DNA from: Octopus vulgaris
Lineage: Eukaryota
NCBI GenBank assembly: GCA_951406725.2
Contig: OX597827.1
Location: forward strand, 70,060,001-70,124,000
Length of the DNA: 64,000 nt
Direction: 5' to 3'
Shown here: in pieces, positions 52,653-64,000 of the stretch
Layout of the letters: each line of letters starts with the position of its first letter
How positions within the stretch are numbered: position 1 is the first letter of the stretch
Translations under genes and position numbers: made by a program
The notes under the pieces: generated by a model
Databases searched by the model: none
The model's input: the letters and a program-made list of their open reading frames with translations, nothing else
What the model was told of the DNA's origin: nothing

Positions 52653-54203
52653 GTTTGTGTGCCCCCAACATCGCTTGACAACTGATGCTGGTGTGTTTAC
52701 GTCCCCGTAACTTAGCAGATCGGCAAAAGAGACCGATAGAATAAGTACTAGGCTTACAAAGAATAAGTCCTGGGGTCGATTTCCTCGACTAAAGGCGGTG
52801 CACCAGCATGGCCACAGTAAAATGATTGAAAAAGAGTAAAGAGTAATACATATATCCCCCACCCACCAACCCACCCCTGCATATTCTTTTGTTTTTTTTT
52901 TAATGCAGTTATTGCGCAGACTGGGACAGGACGCTATAACAGGATTTTCTTCCTTATTATATTTCATGGCGAGGTGTTATAAAGATAGAATGTTGCTATT
53001 CTGTTTACTTCGGCTTAGGTTACTATCTGTCATTTATTTATTTACCTCGGTTATTCACTCCTCCTATTATCGCTACAGTCTATATTCTAGAAAAAAAAAA
53101 TCAAGGACAATCACCTATGCACAATGTCACAAATACATAAAATAAACAACTTCCTTTAATGCTTACACACTGTACCAATTTCTTTACAATCAGCTTACTG
53201 TCACTCACCACCACCCATGTACCCCAATCCCCTCTCTTTGTGTACGTGTGTTTGTGTACAAAAAAAAAATGTGGTCCATCTGGTGAGATAAATATTTAAT
53301 ATATTGCCTTTATTAATATATATCGTTGCTATTATGTTGGCCAAATGCATTTTTTTCAATATTTTTGCTTGCAATAAATAGCCAGTTCTTTCTGTCAAAT
53401 TATATCTCCAGCTGCATAAGATTTCAAGATGTCAAAAATTGTCAAAGTGTAGTAGTACAATGGTTTTGTTATGGAATGGTGAAACTACTTTTTTTGTTTT
53501 CTGAAAAAGTAACATTTTGGATTTATGACACTTTTGCATAACAGCAACAATATATCATCTAGCTAGCTATGTGACACACGAACCTGTGTCCATTATAACC
53601 TTTGAACAGGGGAGGTGGTAATGGACAGAGTTTTGTGTGTCACATAGCTAGATGGAGGCGATGGCCTTTTGGAGCTAATCAACGGCAGCATTCGTCCTAT
53701 TTTTCTGGACTGCCATGTTAGCTTGGCGATAATTTGATATGCATATATAGATACCGAGAGAGAAAGAAAAAGAGATTTTTTTCTTTTTTTTTTAAAGCTA
53801 GAAAAACTCTTCCAAACACAACGAATCTAAAGAACTGAAATTCGTCAAGCTATTTACGGAAGCATCTATGAGCTAACGAGGAGTTGAATCTATGCAGTTG
53901 CTCCGTCCACTAGCAATAGCAAGATGGATCTCGCTTAAACCTCTTCAAATGTCCAATCTTGAAACTTTTAATCGACTGAGAATCAGTTGGATCACATGCT
54001 TACTATTCTATCAGACTGTAAATACCATTCCTTTTAAAATCTGTATCCAATCTCCTCCCTTCACAAATGTAATAGCAACACAACTGCACTTGTTACTTTG
54101 TTTGCCCTTTTATATCTAACCCTTAAGAGATGGCAGGGTCGATCTATCAGTCGAAAAGTTGAATGACAATGAAGACAACTGGGCCAATCCATCAGCCCAA
54201 TAA

Positions 54204-54502
54204 GGATCTTTTCACTTTGACCAGCAGATTTTAAAAATAATTTTTTGTAACTAAACACTTAAACTTCGTATACTAGTAGAATGTGTCACATAAAACATCT
54301 TTTTCGCTTGACGTTCTTCTTGTTGACAAACAGCAGTAATTGTATTCACCTCAATAGACGTCATTGATTGGTTGAAATTGCCGAAATATGAGAAATTTAA
54401 CAAATAGCAAAAACTACAGAATTTTCTCAAGAATGCCAAGAGAAAAAGATGTTTTCCGTGACACGTTCTACCAATATACGAAGTTTAAAAGTGAAAAGAT
54501 CG
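54204..54502. mobile_element. MITE with long TIRs and 9-bp TSD (Mutator-like)
   Basis: GATCTTTTCACTTT / AAAGTGAAAAGATC plus a ~50-bp inner inverted repeat. TSD GCCCAATAA at 54195-54203 and 54503-54511. Confidence 0.7.
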
Positions 54503-55149
54503 GCCCAATAATACAAGCCTCAAGATTAGCTGACTGGTATCAACCAATCAGATTGCTTCTTGTGTTTCTTGCATATCTAGGCCTTTCAATGGTAGCTTCT
54601 CTTAAAAAGCTGGAGTTTGGAACATATATATGAAATTCTGATGAACAGTTTTCGTATTACTTTAAATCAAGGCATTTGTATCCTAAAACTAGAAATGGCC
54701 TCAGGCAGGTTGGCGTCAAAATGGTTAATCTAGACATGCTTAAAAAAGATTATTGGCATTGCTCATTCACAAGTGTTTTCAGTAATAATTACCAAAAGTA
54801 ATATGATTAGCAGGTGCAGAGGGCAAATTTATAAACTATTTCAGTAAGTTTCAGTTAAACTTAAATGGGTTTAATACTGGCAATGGGCTTAATAAGGGCA
54901 ATGTTACAATTTCTAGTTTCAAGAATAACGGGGTCAATGCAGAAGTCGAAACCAAATTGATATTCAATAATTTCATAATTTTCAAATTTAATTTCACATA
55001 TTTTTGTTACAGGCATGAGTGTGGCTAAGGTTTGCTTCCCAACTATGTAGTCTCAGGTTCAAACCCATTGTCTTTGTCTGTAAGGCTGACCAAAGCCTTG
55101 CGAATGGATTTAATAGGCAAACTGGAAGAAGCCCATAATATATATATAT

Positions 55150-55698
55150 TACGGAGATGTACTTGCATAGCAAGTGACCTGATCTGAGATCGTGTGCAGG
55201 AACGAAAACAATTGCAGTGTGGAAGGTGTTTATAAACCATTTAAGAAACGCACAAAAACCCGTTAGATTCACTTCAACATTTAAATTTAATTTGCCAAAA
55301 TATTTTTGTCACTTTGAGACTGCAACCTGTTCACGGACAAAATTCATGATGCAGCACAGAATTTTGTCAGCGAACAGGTCATGGTCTCAAAGCGACGAAA
55401 ATATCTTGGCAAATTAAATTTAAATGTTGAAGTGAATCTAATGGTCTTCGTGTGTTTTTATGTTTTATAAACACCTTCCACGCTGCAATTGTTTATATAT
55501 TTATATATTAGAGATGTACTTGCATAGCAAGTGACCTGATCTGAGAACCATGTGCTGGAACAAAAACAATTGCAGTGTGGAAGGTGTTTATAAGCCACAC
55601 AAAAACCGTTAGATTCATTTCAACATTTAAATTTAATTTGCCAAAATATTTGTCGGTTTGAGACCGCGACCTCTTCACTGACAAAATTCCGTGCTGCA
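55150..55698. mobile_element. Penelope-like pLTR cluster (direct, inverted, direct) in (TA)n with hammerhead-like motifs
   Basis: ~200-bp unit at 55150-55350, inverted partial copy at 55352-55494, direct copy at 55507-55698. Confidence 0.65.
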
Positions 55699-57426
55699 TT
55701 ATATATATTTACACACACACACACACACACAATGGAGAAATATTACCTTGCTTAGAAACAGAAGGTTGGTGGCAGGAAGGGTGTCCGACCAAAGAAAAAT
55801 CCATTTGTCTGACCATCACAAACATGGAAAAGTGGAGGTTAAATACCAATGATGATGACTGACCATGCCTATTTTCGTTTAGTGCTTTTGGTGGGACGAA
55901 TGCTGAATATATATATTTATACACAAGAAACTTAAAGCTTTATATAGAAATACATCCTTATATATTATTAATGAAGGTACATAGCTCAGAGGCTACAGCA
56001 TCGGGCTCACAATCATGTGGTACCAAGTTCAATTCTCTGACCAGGCTGTGTGTTGCATTCTTGAGCAAGACTATTTCACGTTGTTCCAGTTCACTCAGCT
56101 GTAGAATTGAGTTGCAACACCTCTGGTGCCAAGCTGTATCAGCCTTTGCCTTTCCCTTGGATAACATCAGTGATGCGGAGAAGGGAGGCTGGCATGCATG
56201 GGCGACTGCTGGTCTTCCATAAACAACCTTGCCAAGACTTGAGCCTCCGAGGGTAACACTTTCTAGGTGTAACCCCCATGGTCATTCACGACCAAGGGGG
56301 GGGGGGGGAATCTATATCCTTTCAATTATAGGTACACAGCCTGAAATTTTGGGAGAGGCTGGTGGCAAGATGATTTCACTGACCTCAGTATTCAACTAGT
56401 ACTTATTCTATCAACCCCCCCTCTCTCTCTTTCGGAGAGGCACTGAGCAGCTATACGCACACATACACACACGGCAGTAACTTCCACCTACCGAATTCAA
56501 TCACAAAGCCCCGGTCGGCTCGGAGCTATAGTGGAAGACACCTACCCAAAGTGCCACGCAGTGGGACTGAACCCGAAACCATGTGGCTAGGAAGCAAGCT
56601 CAAAAGGACAAAAAGTAAAGTTGACCTCAGCAGCATTTGAACACAGAACAAAGACGGGCAAAATGCAGATAATCATTTTGCCTGGCATGCTAATGACTGC
56701 CAGCTTGCCACCCGCCTCGTTTTATAAAGAAATATGTGATTGCTATTTGTTATATTCCAGTGTTGCTAGACATTTCTCTGTATTTGTCATTGAATTGCGA
56801 TAAAAGAAATGTTACTACTTTCTGACTGACGAATTAATGTCAATTATTATCAAAACGAATGCTAAAGAACGGATTCCACTGTGCTTACACAAGTTAAAAT
56901 ATTTAATGCTGATTTTTTCGTTTATTTTATTTGAAATATATCATAGTAATAAAAAAATGTTTTATTTATTGGTATGTAACGAATAAATTGCTAACGATTC
57001 TTTCTTCCCAGTTGACAGAGGGACTTACTCAACATACTGAATGTTAATGTGTTTACTTTGACAACTCCTCAAGTAACATTAATAGCAAAAGAAAATTTTG
57101 AAAAATGCATGCATGCACGCACACATGCACACACAGAGGAACGTGCACATTAACATATACACAAAAATGCACACACTAGCACACACATGTACATATATGA
57201 ACACAAGGATACACATATACCCACACAGGAAAATACAGAAGCACACACACGTACGTACAGATGTGTATGCACATACATATCAGCACGCACATTTGCGCAC
57301 ACCAGCATGCACACACACACACACCAGCACGCTCGCATGCACACTAAAGTGCATGTGCACACCAGCACACATATACACACTGTAGCACATGCATGCATAA
57401 GCATGCACACATACAAACACAAATTG

Positions 57427-57660
57427 AAGGCGGTGAGCTGGCAGAAACGCTAGCACGCCAGGCGAAATGCTGTTACGTATTTCGTCTGCTGTTACGTTCT
57501 GAGTTCAAATTCCGCCAAGGCCGACTTTGCCTTTCATCCTTTCGGGGTCGATTAAATAAGTACCAGTTACGCACAGGGGTCGATATAATTGACTTAATCC
57601 GTTTGTCTGTCCTTGTTTGTCCCTGCTGTGTGTAGCTCCTTGTGGGCAATAAAGAAATAA
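57427..57660 (+). mobile_element. SINE family B (full length)
   Basis: GGCGGTGAGCTGGCAGAA head and GAGTTCAAATTC B box. Also at 40739-40975. Confidence 0.85.
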
Positions 57661-58258
57661 TACACACACACACACACCTGCAAGCACAGGAACCTACACA
57701 ACACAACACCCACACAATCTTGTGCAACTAAATGTAGCCTTGTAACAACTAAAAAGCTTGTTAGAGAGAAATTTAGTAGAAGAAAGTATATAAAAGCCTA
57801 CAATTGTATGTGTGTGTGTGTGTATGTGTGTGTGTGTGTATGTGTGTATGATGTGCTTTGATGTAAATTGGTGTGATGAGTTGTGTGCTTTTATACCTAG
57901 AAAAGTTAAGACTTAGCCATTTGCTAAATAGAAACTGATTAAAATAAGTACATGGTGGAAGTAAGTGATGGGATCGATAAGATCGAATGAAACCCTTAAC
58001 AGCAATGCTGCATTCCAGTCACTGAAACCATTGTAGAAACACCAATTTCCTTGTTTGCAATTAGTCAATAAATAAAAAGATGATTTTGTATCGATTTTGT
58101 AATGAGTCAATAGTCACTGAGAAGGTTGCAGAAAAAGGAACAAAAGAGCTTTGACAAGAAAAAAAAAAAAAAAAAAATGGATGATTAATAAATGAGTGGA
58201 ATTGAACCAGTGTGTGTGTGTATGTTAAATTATATTGGCATGATGACCCTCCCTAGAC

Positions 58259-58446
58259 CAGTGCTCCACAACTTGTATGTCACAGCATACTGGTGTGCCA
58301 TGAGACGATGCTAAGGTGTGCCACAATGTAACCTGAATATAATCTTTTTGCCTATACTTTTAGTTATAGTTTTAGTTCAGGTGTGCCGCCAAATTTTGAA
58401 AAGCATATAACTGTGCCACAGGTGAAAAAACGGTTGCAGAGCACTG
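58259..58446. mobile_element. hAT-type MITE
   Basis: TIRs CAGTGCTCCACAAC / GTTGCAGAGCACTG and 8-bp TSD CCCTAGAC. Confidence 0.8.
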
Positions 58447-58520
58447 CCCTAGACAAAAAGAGGACGAATTCAGCGAGAGTTACGAAGACAAAAAAAAAAA
58501 AGAAAAGAAAAGAAACTTAC

Positions 58521-59450
58521 CCAATAAAACATTCTTGTGAATGACCTCAAATGAGGTAATACCTCTCACCCAGGTGTCTCCGAGGTTCGGGCTCCGGAAG
58601 TTCTCTTTGTTTGAGTCTCTCTTACTGTTCCAGAGCAGATTTATAAGCTTTGTGTCTGAGTCAATTATGGATCGATCAAACTCCAAAATGATCTTATCTA
58701 CAATACCGAAACCCAGATGATCGATGGCTAGTAGCTTCCGATTTGGTATCTGTGGGTTGAACATTCGGTTGCACGCTGCCTTTAGCACACCAAGGGAAAC
58801 TGTGACTATCACATGATCAGCCTGGAATAGTTCTTGGTTCTCGCACTCGACACACACTGGGTGTTCTCTATTCTCACAGTTCACTGGACGAGCCCAGTGT
58901 ATACAGCGCACAGGATGGTTTAAAAGAATAGAATTTGGTGGGATATTGCTCTTGAGAATTTCAATAACCTTCTCAAAACCTGGGGGAATAGTATAGTGGA
59001 TTCCAGGCAGCTCTTCATAGCTACCAATATCACTTAGTGACACATCAAAGAGGCTATTGCATCCATTAATGATGCATTCTGATGAGACACGCTGCTCGTA
59101 GACGAGTAAGAAGCGCTTTCTTTCTTCGTAGGATAAGTTGTCAAGATGGTAATAAAGATCCTGATCAATGTAATCTCCAACGCTTTCCATATTGCCGGGT
59201 ATATCCATATCGTCCTTGAAAAAAGCTTCACATTCAACCATACACTGGCCGAAAGCAAGATCAACTTTGTTTAGGACTTCGCCACAGATGCTGGACCCAT
59301 CCTCCTGCAGAAAAAGGCGTTTATGTCGTAGGGTTTTGTTCTTGTTACGCAACTGTAAAAGCTCATTACTTTCAGCGATCTGGTAAATTGGGTTTTTCTC
59401 AATGCCGTGTATCCAGTTAGCTCCCATTTCGGCTTTCCGACCTTCTTCAT
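58521..59450 (-). CDS. SMOX: Spermine oxidase / polyamine oxidase-like, large internal exon (930 bp, phase 1-1)
   Basis: Translates to AEMGANWIHG...PVRCIHW...DHVIVTVSLGVLK...GIVDKIILEF, motifs of SMOX/PAOX flavin amine oxidases. Acceptor ttccag| at 59451 and donor |gtaagt at 58520. SMOX versus PAOX cannot be decided with certainty; probably co-orthologous to both. Confidence 0.92.
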
Positions 59451-61069
59451 CTGGAAGAGAACAAACAGAATACATAATATCAACTTCGTAATAAAATATA
59501 AAACCAAAAAAAAAAACCAACAAAACAAAAAATGTATTAAGGAAAAGAAATGTAAATTTAGCAGGTATATCATATTCGTTAAGTGTATTTTCAAACATGA
59601 AACTTAGAGAACAGTGAAGGATGTAAATGAATTTGAAACCTAATCAAAAATTATCAATCGAAATTTTATTTCAGAAATGGGATCCCCCCACCCATCACAA
59701 TCACTTTAATGATATGTGATCATCAATTCTTGGAGGTGTGAGGCAGAGTAAATTTTTGTTTGTGTAAACATTTGGAACACTTGGGATTTGCTATTTTGAA
59801 ATAACCAACCTCATACACGTACACACAGAAAAAGTAATTGCAAAAATTATTATTATTATTAGGAGAGTGGAAAACCCAGAAGAATTGTTAACACATCAGA
59901 CAACATTTTAGCAGCATGTCCTCCGTTCTTTATACATACTGGACAAATCCTATGACGTCAACTTTGTTTTACATCCCTTCAGGATGGATAAAACAACGGT
60001 CAGTCAATTTTGGGGGTTAATATAATCAACTGTACCCCATCCCCCAAAATTTCGGGCCTCAAGGCTCACTAGCTGGTAGAATTGTTAGCATGCCAGGCAA
60101 AATGTTTAGCAAAATTCCATCTGTCTTGATGTTCTGAATTCAAATTCAGCCATGGTCTGACCTTACCTTTTATACTTTTGGGGGTCAATAAATAAGTACC
60201 AGTTGAATCCTGGAGTCCGTGTAATTGACACTCCCACCCCCACAAATTTCAGGCCTTGTGCCCTATAGCAGATAGAATTATTATCATTATTATTTTGGTA
60301 AAAGCAGTGGAGCTGGCAGGATCGTTAGCATGGCAGATAAGAGGTTCAGCAGTATTGTCAAGTTTTACATTCTGAGAATCCAGCTGTAAAACAATATCTC
60401 AACAATATTTATTGCTTAACTAATGTCAGCATGGTATATAAAAAAAAAAAAAAGGTGCAAATGAGCAAGATAACAGAGACAATACTACTATTCTTAGATT
60501 TTAAGGACGTGTACACCAGAGAAAAGTTATATTGTATTTCACATGTCAGATAAGATGCACTTTTCGAAAAGGAAAAGAATCTCGTGTTAGTTCCAACATG
60601 CAAAATTGAGCCTGTATTATAACCCCAGGAAGTGCCTCCTCCAGCTCGTTATCAATGCAATCTGCACCCAGTATAAGCCAAAAAGTTAGCTCATCTAAAT
60701 TCCTTAGGCTAAGGGGGGGTGGAGGCTAGTGGAGGGAAAACTAGTGGTGTGAATACTGGTGTGGAATCAGCATGACATGAATTTTGAAACTGCAGGAGTG
60801 TATCAAGAAGAAAAGAAAAAAAGGAAGAAACAGGATGTTAATATCAGAGCTGTAACAATGTGATCATTCAGTTAACTCTGGACTGTAATCTGAATATTGA
60901 CCCTTTGATGGCAACACGCCTGAGACCACCCTTGGTTCTATGACACAAACTTCCTGTTTTAAAGTGAACTTAATCAAAATTTTCTGTTAATTTATGTCTG
61001 AAACACCAGCTTAATGATGACAAAAGTTATATTTTTGGAAAACCAGGAAGAATTTAGTAACTGTAATGG

Positions 61070-61452
61070 AAGCACTCCGTCGGTTACGATGATGAGGGTT
61101 CCGGTTGATCCAAATCAACAGAACAGCCTGCTCGTGAAATTAACGTGTAAGTGGCTGAGCACTCCACAGACACGTGCACCCTTAACGTAGTTCTCGGGGA
61201 TATTCAGCGTGACACAGAGAGTGACAAGGCCGGCCCCTTGAAATACAGGTACAACAGAAACAGGAAGTAAGAGTGAGAGAAAGTTGTGGTGAAAGAGTAC
61301 GGCAGGGATCACCACCATCTCCTGCCGGAGCCTCGTGGAGCTCTTAGGTGTTTTCGCTCAATAAACACTCACAACGCCCGGTCTGGGAATCGAAACCGCG
61401 ATCCTATGACCGCGAGTCCGCTGCACTAACCACTGGGCCATTGCACCTCCAC
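61070..61452 (-). mobile_element. SINE family C (full length)
   Basis: Matches 7364-7725 and the reverse complement of 121-560. Confidence 0.85.
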
Positions 61453-62223
61453 AGAGTAACTGTAATAAATATAGTGTGTCTCAACAGAAATACGATAATG
61501 AAACAAAATGGGTTTTGGCTTCAGTTATATTCCAACACATTCAAACAGACAGACAAACTAGAGAACAAGGTGTTCCTCAACAAGATATTTTCACTGTCTA
61601 ATAGTTAGAAATCTGTCACTAATAAGAAATTTACGGAGGCCAAATTCTCATTTAAGAAGAGATCCTAGGGAACACTTAGGTCATTGATTTGATTCGTCAC
61701 TCCAGTTCAAATGAATGGATTCTCTATTAATAAAGCGAGTAATGTTGGTGTTTTTCTATCTCACACATTTAAGCACTCATTGCTGAAATTATGCTATGTG
61801 AGCAAGTTTTGCATGTTGAATGAAGACAAATGCCCTTCCTAACACCAACCGCCCAGCAGAGTGGACCGAGTGCTATTTTATGTGGCACCAGTACAAGAGA
61901 GGTCAGTTTTGACATGGTTTTTACAGCTGGACACCCTTCCAAATGCCAACCACCTTACAGTGGGGAGCCAACCAATTATTTGCTTCAAATTTTGGCACAA
62001 GGCCAGTAATTTCAAGGAAAGGGGGCAGTCAATTACATCAACACCAGTTCTCATCTGGTAATTTTTTTTATTGACCTCCAAAAGGATGAAGGGCAAAGTC
62101 GACCTTGGTGTAATTTTTGAACTCAGAACATAAAGACATGAAATGATAAGCATTTTGCCCAGCGTGCTAACGATTCTGCCAGCTTGCGACTTTAGAGTAG
62201 GCTATAATTATTAATCCTTCAAC

Positions 62224-62520
62224 CAGTGCTTCTCAAACTATCTGATGTGGTGTACCAGCAGTTTCTCTCTGCATCCCCCCAATGTGCCAGGGACCAGTAA
62301 TATTTTTTAGTAATATTAATTTATACCAGAAAAAATATATATAATGAATATAATAAAAGTTGACAATTTTTTTTTAAAAATCTTATATTTATTTTGTGAA
62401 AAAACAATAATACAATATTACATAGGCATTTTATGTTTTTTTTCTGGAAACTTGCCACGTACTGGCAGCTGTTGACTTGTGGACTGGTACCGGTCCGCAG
62501 ACTACCACTGAGTAGCACTG
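62224..62520. mobile_element. hAT-type MITE
   Basis: TIRs CAGTGCTTCTCA / TGAGTAGCACTG and TSD CCTT(C/A)AAC. Confidence 0.75.
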
Positions 62521-62569
62521 CCTTAAACACACCTACTGTTGTAAAAATCTGCAAAGTTATGAACCCCAC

Positions 62570-63010
62570 ATGAAACCTAAAACTGATTTTTACAGAAATG
62601 AGGATCTCCCCTTCATACAGACACCACCACTACCACCACAACTAAGTCACTTTCACTCTCTAAGCTGTATTCAACCATTGCTACAGCATCCAACACCATC
62701 AGACCTACACCAACAAGTCTTGGACTCCACAATAGAGAAAGATCTCTTGACCTTCACCACCCTTACACACAACAGTAACTCATTTGGCCTCCCACTCATA
62801 TGAGCAAGAAACATACCTCATTATATAGCACACACACACACTAAAGATAGTTCAACACCACTTCACTGACAAATACATTAGACTAACATCACTTCACATA
62901 CCCACTCTCCCCTCAACACCATCACAAAATCAACAAGAATAGCAATACCAGAAAGGGAAAGAAGGTCAGCTATAAGAGGTAACAGGGAGACACATATAGA
63001 TATGAAGGTC
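62570..63010 (-). pseudogene. Decayed LINE (RTE-like) RT remnant
   Basis: Minus strand at about 62960-62990 gives LPLIADL, resembling the LLYADDL motif. Very degenerate. Confidence 0.25.
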
Positions 63011-64000
63011 AAACGACTGACACTCGATGCCTTCTTGAGCTGTAGGTTACCCAAGTGGAGAGGTTCACGTGAGCCAGACACAGAGGAGGAAGAAAGAAAG
63101 AAATTTGAGAGTCAATTGCTTTCAAATTCAATACAAGTTGAGTTGAATTTTCAAACTTGGGTTTTAAATGCCCGCAGTCAACCATCTGGTTATTCCAAGT
63201 TCAAATGTCACCAGGGCTAAATCGGTGGGTAGGGGGAGGACTGTAGAAATCAGCACAAATACGATGCCAGTTTCAATGCAATCTATTGCACCAAGGGAGG
63301 TATTTTTTCAACACCAGATAATCCTTAAACAATATCAATGGCTTGTAAGGCCATGGTAATTCACTATGCAACCGTAATATACTATAAAATATATCAAATG
63401 TTTTTATAAGACAATACCGTGTCCTACAGTGTTAGCAGTGCATTTTACATCACTTGTTAAGGTTACCTCTACCAATATTCTATAGAAATTATAATGCTGG
63501 CTATAACTTCTCAAGAATATCTGTAGAGATAACCTTAACAAGTAAACAGTGAAATAAAAATTAAAATAGCAGGACTTGAAAAAAACGGCCACATTTATTG
63601 GATAACGTTCCGTCTAAATCAATAGGTATATCATCATTTCAAAGAAGTCTTTATAATATGTGTAAACTTATTAAATTCTTACTATGCTCAAACAATATCC
63701 TATAGTTTGAGACACTAAACTACAGCAGGAATGACGAAGGAGAAACACTAAGGAAAAAAAAAAATATCTAACAGCACCACCAATTAACCCTTTTGTTACC
63801 AGCCCGGCTGAAACTGGCTCTGACTCTGTAGTACAAATGTATTGTTTACATAAGTTTTGAATTAAAATCTTCCACCAAACCTTAGTCACAATTTATGTCC
63901 CTAACACTAGCTGAATGACAACTAAGTTATTTTACTAAATTCTTTGTTATATTCAAAATTAATTGAAAGAAACACAGAGCATCTTTTAATAAATACGGTA

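Noticed and set aside
59451-59598. N-terminal extension of ORF 58480-59598 as a signal/TM segment
   Set aside because: It is intronic polypyrimidine/T-rich sequence upstream of the AG acceptor. The true N-terminal GxGxxG exon was not found in the window.

Overview
This is AT-rich, microsatellite-saturated eukaryotic genomic DNA. The tRNA-derived SINE families and SSR content suggest an octopus (coleoid cephalopod) genome; that is inference from repeat content only. One host gene is recognisable: the last four coding exons of a spermine oxidase / polyamine oxidase (SMOX/PAOX-type flavin amine oxidase) on the minus strand (59450-58521, 40643-40517, 39092-38975, 37702-37499). These exons are phase-compatible with GT-AG introns, and the FAD-binding first exon(s) probably lie beyond 64000. 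The rest is repeats: about five SINE families, hAT/Mutator/piggyBac-like MITEs, and fragments of a maT/Tc1-mariner transposase, RTE and Tx1 LINEs and a Penelope GIY-YIG domain. The most notable signal is RNA-structural. At least four unrelated short elements, most sitting in (TA)n/(TATG)n tracts, carry minimal type I hammerhead ribozyme (HHR) motifs. One has a long insertion in stem II and an antisense arm that can sequester the core (4587-4705). One is followed by a multi-hairpin domain (20620-20814). One family's consensus suggests a swapped G3-C8 core pair (55150-55698). There is also a complete 367-bp GC-rich non-tRNA retroposon with a TSD, a SINE-derived 130-bp minisatellite and several pre-miRNA-sized hairpins. 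All RNA folds were read by eye and are untested.
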